This document shows, piece by piece, positions 55,819-64,000 of a stretch of 64,000 nt of DNA. This stretch comes from a virus: IMG/VR virus record IMGVR_UViG_3300021185_003351, positions 1 through 64,000 of that record. The stretch is one strand, 5' to 3'. The translations under genes were made by a program, and so were the position numbers. The notes under the pieces were generated by a model. It searched no databases, was not told where the DNA came from, and was given only the letters and a program-made list of their open reading frames with translations. The stretch's first letter is position 1; every line of letters begins with the position of its first letter.

Positions 55819-57065
55819 TGCCTAGAAATCGAAGACAAAATATTGATCGAAAAACAAATAAACCAGAATTAAAAAGTACTGTTTCAACAAGACCAGATTT
55901 AATATTAAATAGAGCAGAACAAGTACGACGAGATGACGACGTTGTTCGAACACCTAAGCGTACTGTATATGATATAGATTATGCAATAAAATGGTTTTTA
56001 GATAATGAAATCCAACCACAAGTTCAACATAATAACGAATTAGTTAAAATACCAATAGTATTTGCAAATGGCGAAAAATGGGATAACGTACGAAGATTAG
56101 GATATTTGCGTGATGAAAAAGGAATGCTTCAATCTCCAATAATTGTATTAAAAAGAAACTCATTATCAGAACGGGATACATTAAAAAAATTAGATGTTAA
56201 TAATCCAATACCGGGAAATCAAATTGTATATAAGCAAAAATATAACAAAAGAAATAGGTATATTGACGAATTAGTTCCAATACCAAAAAATAATACAATT
56301 GATTCAAAGGAATTATATACCGTTAATATTCCAGAATATGTAGATGTAGAATATGAAATGTTGATATGGACTGATTTTACTACACAAATGAATGAAGTAA
56401 TTGAACAAATAATGCCATATGGAACATTTGCTTGGGGAAATGAATTCAATAAGTATAGAACATTTATAAGAGATATTTCATTTGAAACTGTAAACACAGT
56501 TGGAGACGATAGATTAGTTAGAGCAACAATTCCACTAACAGTTAATGGAACATTATTATCAGAACAAGAATTTAGAATGTCGACAGTACAAAAAAGATAT
56601 TCAATTAAAAAAATACAATGGGCGTTAGTTATCGATGTTACAACTGATATATTTAGTACTACAAAAGTTCCACAAAAACTAATTGACGCTAAACAAAGAA
56701 TTATTTCTGGAAATAAAGTTATAGTTTCAAATCAATCATCTGGCGGAGGCGGCGGAGGCGCAGGTACCGAAATAACGCCAGCACTAATGAATTATTTAAC
56801 GCAATTAATAGAAAAACAAGGAGTTATAATTAATAATAATACTATATCAGTCACCGGAACACCAAATTATAATACTATTATAGGCGGCAGAGCTACTACA
56901 AAAGAATTTGATATTTATATCAATGGACAATATATAGATACAGCTGTATATGATTGGACTCCAAATGCAACAACAACACAACAAATAACATTTGATACTA
57001 CAGAATTAGGATATAATTTAGAATCTGATGATATAATTATTGTTAATGGAAGATGGAGTGAATAA
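55818..57065 (+). CDS. Tail terminator/sheath-stabiliser-like protein (gp15-like) with C-terminal extension
   Basis: IPIVFA..EKW; PEYVDVEYEM.IWT...QMNEVIEQI. Confidence 0.6.
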   Translation: MPRNRRQNIDRKTNKPELKSTVSTRPDLILNRAEQVRRDDDVVRTPKRTVYDIDYAIKWFLDNEIQPQVQHNNELVKIPIVFANGEKWDNVRRLGYLRDEKGMLQSPIIVLKRNSLSERDTLKKLDVNNPIPGNQIVYKQKYNKRNRYIDELVPIPKNNTIDSKELYTVNIPEYVDVEYEMLIWTDFTTQMNEVIEQIMPYGTFAWGNEFNKYRTFIRDISFETVNTVGDDRLVRATIPLTVNGTLLSEQEFRMSTVQKRYSIKKIQWALVIDVTTDIFSTTKVPQKLIDAKQRIISGNKVIVSNQSSGGGGGGAGTEITPALMNYLTQLIEKQGVIINNNTISVTGTPNYNTIIGGRATTKEFDIYINGQYIDTAVYDWTPNATTTQQITFDTTELGYNLESDDIIIVNGRWSE

Positions 57066-57286
57066 TGGCTAGAAGACTAAAAGGCAAACAATTTGCTAAA
57101 CATTTAAAATTATCTGGATCTTTATCTATATCTGGATCTGATGATTCTCCGTTAGATAATAAAGCAGCTATACAAATAGATGGAGGAATTAATCAGATAG
57201 GAACAAATATAACTAGTAGTGTAGAAGGAATAATAGATGTTGGATTTTTCCCAACGTCCAGCGTATCAAAAACAATTATTCCTTAA
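57065..57286 (+). CDS. Small structural protein
   Basis: LSGSLSISGS fibre-type repeat; IDVGFF. Confidence 0.55.
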   Translation: MARRLKGKQFAKHLKLSGSLSISGSDDSPLDNKAAIQIDGGINQIGTNITSSVEGIIDVGFFPTSSVSKTIIP

Positions 57287-57334
57287 AGTATTTAATTCAA
57301 AAGTATTTGATATTTATATAAAAGAAAACATTTA

Positions 57335-59350
57335 ATGGCACAGGTAATTCAGCATAAAAGAGGTAGTTTAGAAAATTTAAAAAATGTAAATCCCGTTTTT
57401 AGAGGCGAAGTCTTATTAGCAACTGGATCTTTAAATGTACATTCTTCTGAGTTTGGAACAGTTTCACAACCAATCGAAATACAATTTATCGGAGGATTAA
57501 ATGACTACGAACCAGTAACAAAATTTTTTACAGGATCTGGATTACCTTCTATTACAACAGGTACATATGGAGATCGATTAGATGGTATAGTTTGGTATGA
57601 TTCAACAAGAAGACAACAATACGAATTAAATGCTACTGTAACAAATGATGCAGCAACGTCTGCAATTTTTACTGGAAGTCATATTGCAATTAGTCCAGAA
57701 GTATCTGCAGACGGCCAAGGAGTTATTGGTACACCATCTGATACAACATACACAGACGGATTTTTTGATACTTTTACTCCTGCTACTACTATAGGAAATG
57801 CAATAGATGAAATTAGTGAAGCATTTCTAGATTTAGCACCTGCAAAAGCAAAAACATTAACAGGTCAATCATTAACAAAAAATAGTCCTAGTACATTTAC
57901 TGGTAGATTAGCAGGAGGTTTACCTTCAGCTGATTGGTATGTAGGTACTACTGCATATTCTAATGTATCAACATTAACAAGTGCTACCTCAGTAGATTTA
58001 AGAAGTCCAGATCAAACAGAAACATTTAGAGCAGGAAAATCATCGTCATTGTCAGCAAATACATTGGAAGGCGGAGTGTCATCTAGTATTATATCTGGAT
58101 CTACACCGGAAGTATTTAGTAAAAGGGCATTTGATCCTGACGGAGAAGGAATTACTGGAAATATACGTATTTCAGATTTAGATGTATATAACACATTTTG
58201 GGCAAAGGCAAATGCTAGAATTGAACACACACTAACAAGCACAGGGTCATATAAATACAAAATATTAGCAGATGGAGCTGGAGAAACAAATGTTTATCAG
58301 TTATGGTATTTAGGATCTGGAACCAATTATCCAAATATATCAGTAACTGCACAGTCACCAGTAACAAGTTCAACATCATTTAATTATTTAAGTGGTATAA
58401 CATATTTAGCAGGAGCTACATTTGATTTAGCTATAACAGGAAGTGATTTATTTTATCCGATATATGAAACAGGTAATGTACATTTTAATTCCACAAACTT
58501 TTCAGCAAATTTAGCAACTGGTAGTCAAACATCAGATCAGCCACAATATAACGACATATTAGAATTAGATGTACAGCGATCATTAAAACAAAATATTAAC
58601 ACCGCTCAATCATCACCAACAGGTACAGTTACAGTAGAAAAACCAGGTAAGTCAGATGCATCTGCTACATATACATTAACACAAATGTTTGTTAATTCTT
58701 ATACGTCTGCAGATAATGCTGGATCTACAAATTCTGGAAACTCTCACGCAGAAGCATTTTTACATGAATCACATCGTTTAAATAATCTACAAGGTGGCGT
58801 ATGGAATAGCCAAACTACATTATCAGATGGAAATCTAGAATCACAAAATGGTAAGTTAATTGCTGGCAAATTTGGATCGACTGCCTATTCTGGATTTGTT
58901 GATGGAACAAATGTCGACACAGATTATGCAATATATTTTAGAAGATCAGATCCATCATCAGATAATAGACAAAATGGAACATTTACTATATCAAGAAATA
59001 CAAATGCATTTGCCTCATCTACTCCTATTTCTCCATGGGATTATCAAGGAGCAAATCCATCAGACGCAGTATTACAGGTTTCATTGATATTATCAGCTGA
59101 TGTTACCGGAGCACAAACAACTAATGCTGTATATGATCTCGGTAGATCAGTAGGAGATAATTCTGGTATAATAAAAGGAATTAGAAATACTATTACAACA
59201 AATAATAGTACTAGTTACACAGTTACATGGGCATTGCCATCAGGAATAAATACTGGTGCAGCTGCATCTGGATATGTTATAGTTTGGATACGTTATAAAG
59301 GAACAAGTGCAAGTGATTATTTAAATAATTTTAGTATAACATATTCATAG
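57335..59350 (+). CDS. Tail fibre/appendage protein (Mtd-N-like N-terminus)
   Basis: MAQVIQHKRG...GEVLLAT; S/T/G-rich; late motif at 57310-57317. Confidence 0.6.
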   Translation: MAQVIQHKRGSLENLKNVNPVFRGEVLLATGSLNVHSSEFGTVSQPIEIQFIGGLNDYEPVTKFFTGSGLPSITTGTYGDRLDGIVWYDSTRRQQYELNATVTNDAATSAIFTGSHIAISPEVSADGQGVIGTPSDTTYTDGFFDTFTPATTIGNAIDEISEAFLDLAPAKAKTLTGQSLTKNSPSTFTGRLAGGLPSADWYVGTTAYSNVSTLTSATSVDLRSPDQTETFRAGKSSSLSANTLEGGVSSSIISGSTPEVFSKRAFDPDGEGITGNIRISDLDVYNTFWAKANARIEHTLTSTGSYKYKILADGAGETNVYQLWYLGSGTNYPNISVTAQSPVTSSTSFNYLSGITYLAGATFDLAITGSDLFYPIYETGNVHFNSTNFSANLATGSQTSDQPQYNDILELDVQRSLKQNINTAQSSPTGTVTVEKPGKSDASATYTLTQMFVNSYTSADNAGSTNSGNSHAEAFLHESHRLNNLQGGVWNSQTTLSDGNLESQNGKLIAGKFGSTAYSGFVDGTNVDTDYAIYFRRSDPSSDNRQNGTFTISRNTNAFASSTPISPWDYQGANPSDAVLQVSLILSADVTGAQTTNAVYDLGRSVGDNSGIIKGIRNTITTNNSTSYTVTWALPSGINTGAAASGYVIVWIRYKGTSASDYLNNFSITYS

Positions 59351-59364
59351 GATAACAAAGAGAC

Positions 59365-60426
59365 ATGGCAATAAATAAAGAAGATAAGTCGTTTAAGATT
59401 CTAATTAATAAAGAATTTACAGATCCTAGTAGAGCATTCTTTCAAGAAAATACAGTAAGTACTTTAGATATAAATGATACGGAAGTATATACTTCTCCAA
59501 TAACTTCTGACACCGCTAGTGCAATTGCATCTGGCCATGCAAAACAACATACTCAATTCATATTAACTGCAGATGGTACATATCCAAATAATGCATTTTA
59601 TTTTATATCTGGATCAGGATTTACTCCGGGTAGTGATTCTATACCTTCATTCTCATCTAATCCAGAATTATATCAAAGAAATTTTTTAAGTGATAAATAT
59701 GGTGCAAACTATGAGATAAAATTATTTGAAAATGATGGAACTCAAATATTTAAAACAGATTCAATTAATTGGATATTTGATTATAAAACAGGTATACTTC
59801 ATATAGCAGATCCAGGAGGTAAAAACACTCCATATAAAGTTAGTGTTTTACAATATACTGGTGAAACATTAAGCGGATCATTAGCTAATGAAAGAGATGG
59901 AAATATTTGGAAACAAACCGGATCTGCATATACTACTCAAAATAATATTCAAATAACTGGTTCATTAGGTGTAACTGGAGGCTTATCTGGATCATTTTCT
60001 GGTTCTGGAGCTGATCTGTCTGGCATACCAGCATCTGGTATAGTAGGCTTAGAGTTATTTAAAATACAAACAGGATCTGTTTCTACAGCTGTAAATATTG
60101 GAACAACTAATATTTTCACTGTTAATAGTGGATCAACACAATTAGTAACTTTAAATAGTGATGGAGATTTAAAAGTTTCTGGAAGCTTAACTGCAGAGTC
60201 TTATATTATATCATCATCTGTATTATATATGACTCAGTCATTTTCGTCTGGATCTACCATGTTTGGAGATACATTTGATGATACTCATATTTTTACTGGA
60301 TCTTTATTTTTTACTGGAAGTGGAACATATACATCAATGAGTCAAGCAACATACAGTGAATTTGCATATCAAGACTCTAGAGGTGGACTAAGATTTAGTC
60401 ATGTAATTGATGGAGGAGCATTTTGA
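59365..60426 (+). CDS. Virion structural/fibre protein
   Basis: WIFDYKTGIL; TGS/SGS repeats; SGSTMFGDT.DDTH.FTGS; terminal IDGGAF. Confidence 0.6.
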   Translation: MAINKEDKSFKILINKEFTDPSRAFFQENTVSTLDINDTEVYTSPITSDTASAIASGHAKQHTQFILTADGTYPNNAFYFISGSGFTPGSDSIPSFSSNPELYQRNFLSDKYGANYEIKLFENDGTQIFKTDSINWIFDYKTGILHIADPGGKNTPYKVSVLQYTGETLSGSLANERDGNIWKQTGSAYTTQNNIQITGSLGVTGGLSGSFSGSGADLSGIPASGIVGLELFKIQTGSVSTAVNIGTTNIFTVNSGSTQLVTLNSDGDLKVSGSLTAESYIISSSVLYMTQSFSSGSTMFGDTFDDTHIFTGSLFFTGSGTYTSMSQATYSEFAYQDSRGGLRFSHVIDGGAF

Positions 60427-60779
60427 GTAATATTATACAATTGCGAAGATCTCTAATAGCAGGTACTAGACCAGTCGACCTAGAAGATGGTGAATTGTCT
60501 GTTAATGTATATGACGGAAAATTATTTTTTAAACGAAATGATGGTACCACATCAATTGAAGAAATTTTTGTAACTGACTCTTGGATAACAGGATCATTAC
60601 AATTTAAACAAGAAGACACAAATAATGATATTTTACTAATACGTGAAGTAGATAACACAAGATCATTAACAGTTACATCTCAAAGTGTATTAGTAGTAAA
60701 AGAACAATCTTTAACACCAGAAGCTGCTGAAGCTGGAATCATGTATTCCGGGAGTAATTTTTGGTTAGGATTAGAATAA
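60423..60779 (+). CDS. Small fibre-associated protein (Mtd-N-like, TTG start)
   Basis: IIQLRRS..AG..P..L.DGEL.VN..DGKLFFK. Confidence 0.65.
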   Translation: MSNIIQLRRSLIAGTRPVDLEDGELSVNVYDGKLFFKRNDGTTSIEEIFVTDSWITGSLQFKQEDTNNDILLIREVDNTRSLTVTSQSVLVVKEQSLTPEAAEAGIMYSGSNFWLGLE

Positions 60780-60839
60780 TGAAAATATTTTAACAATATA
60801 TTTATAATAAAATAAAAAAATACTTTTAAAGGAGAATAA

Positions 60840-62606
60840 ATGGCATCATGGAAAAAAGTCATCGTATCAGGCAGTAATGCCGATTTAGCACAAATAACAT
60901 CATCAGCTGGAATAATAACTGCAGGAGATTTAAATGTTTCTGGTAATAGTTTTCTAGGAACTAATCCTAGCGGTAGAACAGAAAGCACTGGATCATTATT
61001 TATTTCTGGAGCACTTGTATTAGATACAAATACAGGAGGCGGATCCAATGTTGGAGGGTTTACATTTGATTTAGGACCAACATCTGATGCTAGAGATGGT
61101 AGAATAATAGTTACTCCAAAACATAGATATGGCGGATTTCAATATAAAGTTTTATCTGATGCCAATTATAGTAACGAAACAGTAATTGATCTTTACTCCG
61201 CCAACGCAGGAAGAACAGGATTTCTTGCACTTTATAATCAAAACACTAAAAATATACAATTATCTGCAGATGCTCAAGGAGCTATGTTTAATACTGCAAT
61301 GGTAATTGGAACAAATCAAGCTGCAAATGCATTTATTCAAAGTAATGATCCAAATGCACCAGACAATACTAATCCTTATAAATTAGCAGTAGCTGGTAGA
61401 TTATATGTTGGTACTGCTAATGGAGAACAAGCAATTCATAATATAACAGGATCTACAAATATAACAGGATCATTAAATGTTGATGGTACATTAACAGTTA
61501 CCGGAGATACATTACAAGAAGATTTACAAACAACAGGAACTACCAAGCTTGGTAATGATATGTCTGACAAGACAGAAGTTACAGGATCTTTAAATGTTAC
61601 TGGATCTAGTTTCTTTCAAGGAAGTGGTATTTTTAGTGGGTCAGAGGCAAAAGTAACAATTGATCCATATGCTACTAATGTAATTGAAATACAAGATGCT
61701 GGCGGCGGAACAACACAAAAATTAAGATTTAGAAATGCTGTAGGCTCTGAGGAAATAGTACTTCATGGTAATGATACTGATAATAGAATATTCTTGAACG
61801 GCGGAGGCAGTACTGATGTCATGCTTAGGACAGCCAATAGCTATTTTGGAGGCAAGTTGAGTATAGGTGCCGCCTCTTACGATAACGATAATACATTATC
61901 TGTAACAGGTAATGCAAAAGTAACAACAGGTATTACTGGATCTTATTTAACTGATAATAAATTATTAACTGCCGGAAGTGTAGGACAAATTGAATCAAGT
62001 GCAATAACTTGGGATGATACCACATTAACAGTAGGATCATCAGGAGCAGGACATGTTTATGCAACTCAAGTAACTGCATCAGAAGTTAAGATATCTAGTT
62101 TAGCAGCTGACAGAATTGTATTTGTTAATTCAACTAATCAATTAGAAGATTCCGCAAATTTACAGTATGATGATGATGGCGGATTAAATGTAGGCGGAAA
62201 ATTATCTTTAACCGGTGATTTAATTGTTTCTCATAACTTAACAGTTCAAGGAACAGCATCGTTTCAAAACACAGAAGACTTAGACGTTAAAGACAGATTT
62301 ATAAGAATGGCGTCGGGTTCTACCACAACTGGAGATGGTGGATTTGCAGTACAGCAAACAGGTCCATTAGACACAGAAGGATTTGGATATGATAGTGCTT
62401 TACAAAGATGGGGAGTTACTTCATCGTTTGATGCATCACAAAATGCATTAAATCCAGCAGCATTTATGCCAATGACAATTAATGGAACAGAAAATGTACC
62501 AACCTCTAATCAAGTAGCAAATGAAACTAGATACAAAAAAGCTGGTAACATGTATATTGATACAAATGCTTCCATGGAAGAAGGCGGCGTTTGGATATAC
62601 GTATAA
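60840..62606 (+). CDS. Tail fibre-like protein
   Basis: MASWKKVIVSGS; ITGSLNV repeats; LDVKDRFI; SD AAGGAG; late motif at 60798-60805. Confidence 0.65.
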   Translation: MASWKKVIVSGSNADLAQITSSAGIITAGDLNVSGNSFLGTNPSGRTESTGSLFISGALVLDTNTGGGSNVGGFTFDLGPTSDARDGRIIVTPKHRYGGFQYKVLSDANYSNETVIDLYSANAGRTGFLALYNQNTKNIQLSADAQGAMFNTAMVIGTNQAANAFIQSNDPNAPDNTNPYKLAVAGRLYVGTANGEQAIHNITGSTNITGSLNVDGTLTVTGDTLQEDLQTTGTTKLGNDMSDKTEVTGSLNVTGSSFFQGSGIFSGSEAKVTIDPYATNVIEIQDAGGGTTQKLRFRNAVGSEEIVLHGNDTDNRIFLNGGGSTDVMLRTANSYFGGKLSIGAASYDNDNTLSVTGNAKVTTGITGSYLTDNKLLTAGSVGQIESSAITWDDTTLTVGSSGAGHVYATQVTASEVKISSLAADRIVFVNSTNQLEDSANLQYDDDGGLNVGGKLSLTGDLIVSHNLTVQGTASFQNTEDLDVKDRFIRMASGSTTTGDGGFAVQQTGPLDTEGFGYDSALQRWGVTSSFDASQNALNPAAFMPMTINGTENVPTSNQVANETRYKKAGNMYIDTNASMEEGGVWIYV

Positions 62607-62609
62607 TAA

Positions 62610-62852
62610 ATGTTAAAACAGTTACAAAAATTTATGGGATTTACAGCAAAAAATATTGATGTAAAAAATCAAGAAAAAATTAAAATTAAAAAAGCCAAAG
62701 TGCCAGAACCAACACAACCTATATCTCAATTAACTAACACAGAAATAGTATGGTTAATGGGGTTAATTAAATCTGGTACTTTTAAAGGTGAAGATGTTCA
62801 AACTGTATATGAAACAGTTGTTAAGTTACAAATCATGTTAAATCAATCATAG
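62610..62852 (+). CDS. Small hypothetical protein (possible fibre chaperone)
   Basis: 80 aa, directly after a fibre gene. Confidence 0.55.
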   Translation: MLKQLQKFMGFTAKNIDVKNQEKIKIKKAKVPEPTQPISQLTNTEIVWLMGLIKSGTFKGEDVQTVYETVVKLQIMLNQS

Positions 62853-62858
62853 TTTGTA

Positions 62859-62893
62859 TTTGATCTTAGAAAATAAATTATTATAATATTTAT
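62859..62893 (+). promoter_or_regulatory. Overlapping sigma70-like (TTTGAT-N17-TATAAT, 62859-62887) and late (ATATTTAT, 62886-62893) promoters
   Basis: Both motifs read directly. Confidence 0.65.
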
Positions 62894-62898
62894 ATTAA

Positions 62899-62960
62899 AT
62901 TGTTGTAGGCCGAAAGGAAGTAGGCATATACACGGCATAGTGTATGTATCTAACCACAAT
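62899..62960 (+). ncRNA. Candidate structured 5'-leader RNA (three-way junction with GAAA tetraloop)
   Basis: GC-richer island; P1 AUUGU/ACAAU, CC-GAAA-GG, AUAUACAC/GUGUAUGU hairpin extended by UAGG/UCUA. Confidence 0.55.
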
Positions 62961-62976
62961 AAATTAAAGGACATAT

Positions 62977-64000
62977 ATGCCAAATTGGAAAAAGGTCGTT
63001 GTATCTGGAAGTGCGGCCAATCTACATTCTTTAAACGTATCAACTGATGTCACTGCATCAAATATAAGTTCTAGCGGCAATATATTCGGAAATTTATCTG
63101 AAAACTCATCCACATCATTTAAAACAGTTGTAGTAGATCCATCTACGGGTCAATTTTATAGAACAGGTTCATATGGCACCGGCGGTGGAGGCGGAGGAGG
63201 AAGTGCATTCCCATTTACTGGAGATGCTCAAATAACAGGATCATTAATAGTATCAGGAGCATTACAATTAGATTATAATGGTAATGACAATATAATTATA
63301 GGTTCTGGTTCTGGAGAAGTATTAGACTCTGGAACAAATAATATTATATTTGGTAATAATGCAGCAACTAGTTTAACTACAGGAGGTAGCAATTTAATAA
63401 TAGGTCATAGAGCTGGAAAAAGTACAGCATTAAATCAAGAAAGTGGAAATACTCTTATAGGTATAGGTGCAGGTGAAGATGGAACTTATGATGCAAATTA
63501 TGGATCTAATACATTTATAGGATATAATGCTGGTAAAAGTTCTGCAGCAATGTATAGCACATTTGTGGGATCTGGAGTAGGACAAGGAACTACTAGTTTT
63601 AGTGTTGCCATGGGAGCAAATGGAACTTTATCCTGTACAGCTGCCCAATCTGTTGCATTAGGATATGGTAGTCAAACAAATGGTACCAATAATTACAATG
63701 TATCTCTAGGTACATCAGCTATGCGATCAGGTAATGGTGGATCTCTAAACCAATATAATGTTGCATTAGGATATCAAGCTCAATACACAAGTTATAGACT
63801 TAACAATTCTATTTCAATTGGTGCTAAAGCAGCCTATGGAACAAGTTATGCAAAAGATGATATTTTTATAGGACATGAAGCAGTTTATAGTTATGTAGGA
63901 AATACTACAGGTCGTAATCTTATCATCGGATACCAAGCGGGATATGATTTAGGAGATGCAAGTACACATAATATTTTAATTGGAGAGGGAGTAGGAGCAG
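62977..64000 (+). CDS. Tail fibre/adhesin with YadA-head-like NxxxGxxA repeats (partial, runs off the window; not in the ORF track)
   Basis: MPNWKKVVVSGS...; NIIIG, NLIIGHRAG, NTLIGIGAG, NTFIGYNAG, NVALGYQA repeats; open to the window end. Confidence 0.8.
   Translation, partial: MPNWKKVVVSGSAANLHSLNVSTDVTASNISSSGNIFGNLSENSSTSFKTVVVDPSTGQFYRTGSYGTGGGGGGGSAFPFTGDAQITGSLIVSGALQLDYNGNDNIIIGSGSGEVLDSGTNNIIFGNNAATSLTTGGSNLIIGHRAGKSTALNQESGNTLIGIGAGEDGTYDANYGSNTFIGYNAGKSSAAMYSTFVGSGVGQGTTSFSVAMGANGTLSCTAAQSVALGYGSQTNGTNNYNVSLGTSAMRSGNGGSLNQYNVALGYQAQYTSYRLNNSISIGAKAAYGTSYAKDDIFIGHEAVYSYVGNTTGRNLIIGYQAGYDLGDASTHNILIGEGVGA

Larger units (their letters stand above)
78..62893 (+). promoter_or_regulatory. 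Dispersed putative late promoter ATATTTAT: 78, 1935, 4024, 8137, 9976, 13139, 15631, 25120, 26949, 33795, 39698, 41984, 45793, 47659, 50893, 53761, 57310, 60798, 62886
   Basis: Occupies nearly every intergenic gap before structural operons; a gp55-like sigma is present in the window. Confidence 0.75.

Noticed and set aside
62905-62925. Calling the 62899 RNA an SRP (4.5S) RNA, or a hammerhead/HDV ribozyme
   Set aside because: The 5' side of the SRP symmetric loop and the long helix are missing, and there is no CUGAnGA core or nested pseudoknot; kept as an unknown structured RNA
1926-63043. All minus-strand ORFs in the track (e.g. 50969..51757, 42290..42712, 31719..32090)
   Set aside because: They are antisense shadows of strong + strand genes, Ser/Phe-rich and without motifs or promoters
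1-64000. Stop-codon recoding as seen in some large phages
   Set aside because: Genes tile densely in the standard code, and TAG (29099, 45786, 59350, 62852) and TGA both act as real stops
1-64000. tRNA, rRNA, CRISPR array, integrase/transposase, reverse transcriptase/DGR, introns or inteins
   Set aside because: No cloverleaf, repeat-spacer array or relevant motifs were seen by eye, and terminase, primase and MCP are uninterrupted; tRNAscan and Infernal were not run

Overview
This is a 64-kb segment of a large, very AT-rich, T4-like (myovirus-type) dsDNA phage genome. Essentially all credible genes lie on the + strand in the standard genetic code. A Bacteroidota host is likely, inferred from DUF4494-like, Hc1 histone-like and bS21 genes and from mostly A-rich, SD-less starts. 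Gene order: (i) a 1-6 kb array of unrelated payload proteins sharing an N-terminal MIKLKxILxE leader; (ii) small accessory genes (two Hc1-like proteins, a CAP-domain protein, Hsp20, an HD hydrolase) and a gp55-like late sigma factor; (iii) baseplate/tail genes; (iv) a leader-bearing minimal kinase, T7-endonuclease-I-like resolvase, primase and a fused Mre11-Rad50 (gp47-gp46); (v) a giant tail protein and a HIGH-nucleotidyltransferase/ligase-fold fusion; (vi) terminase, portal, prohead protease, bS21, scaffold, major capsid and neck genes; (vii) tail fibre-like genes running off the right end. Two promoter classes can be read directly: ATATTTAT (19 gene-proximal copies, putative late) and TT[G/T]GAW-N17-TATAAT (7 copies). 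The most interesting candidates are: a capsid-targeting-leader cargo system delivering a kinase, an OmpA-like peptidoglycan-binding domain and a caspase-fold protein; a long-range inverted repeat enclosing the Hsp20 gene; and a structured RNA beginning at the inferred transcription start of a tail fibre gene. All family assignments come from motif recognition by eye; no searches were run.
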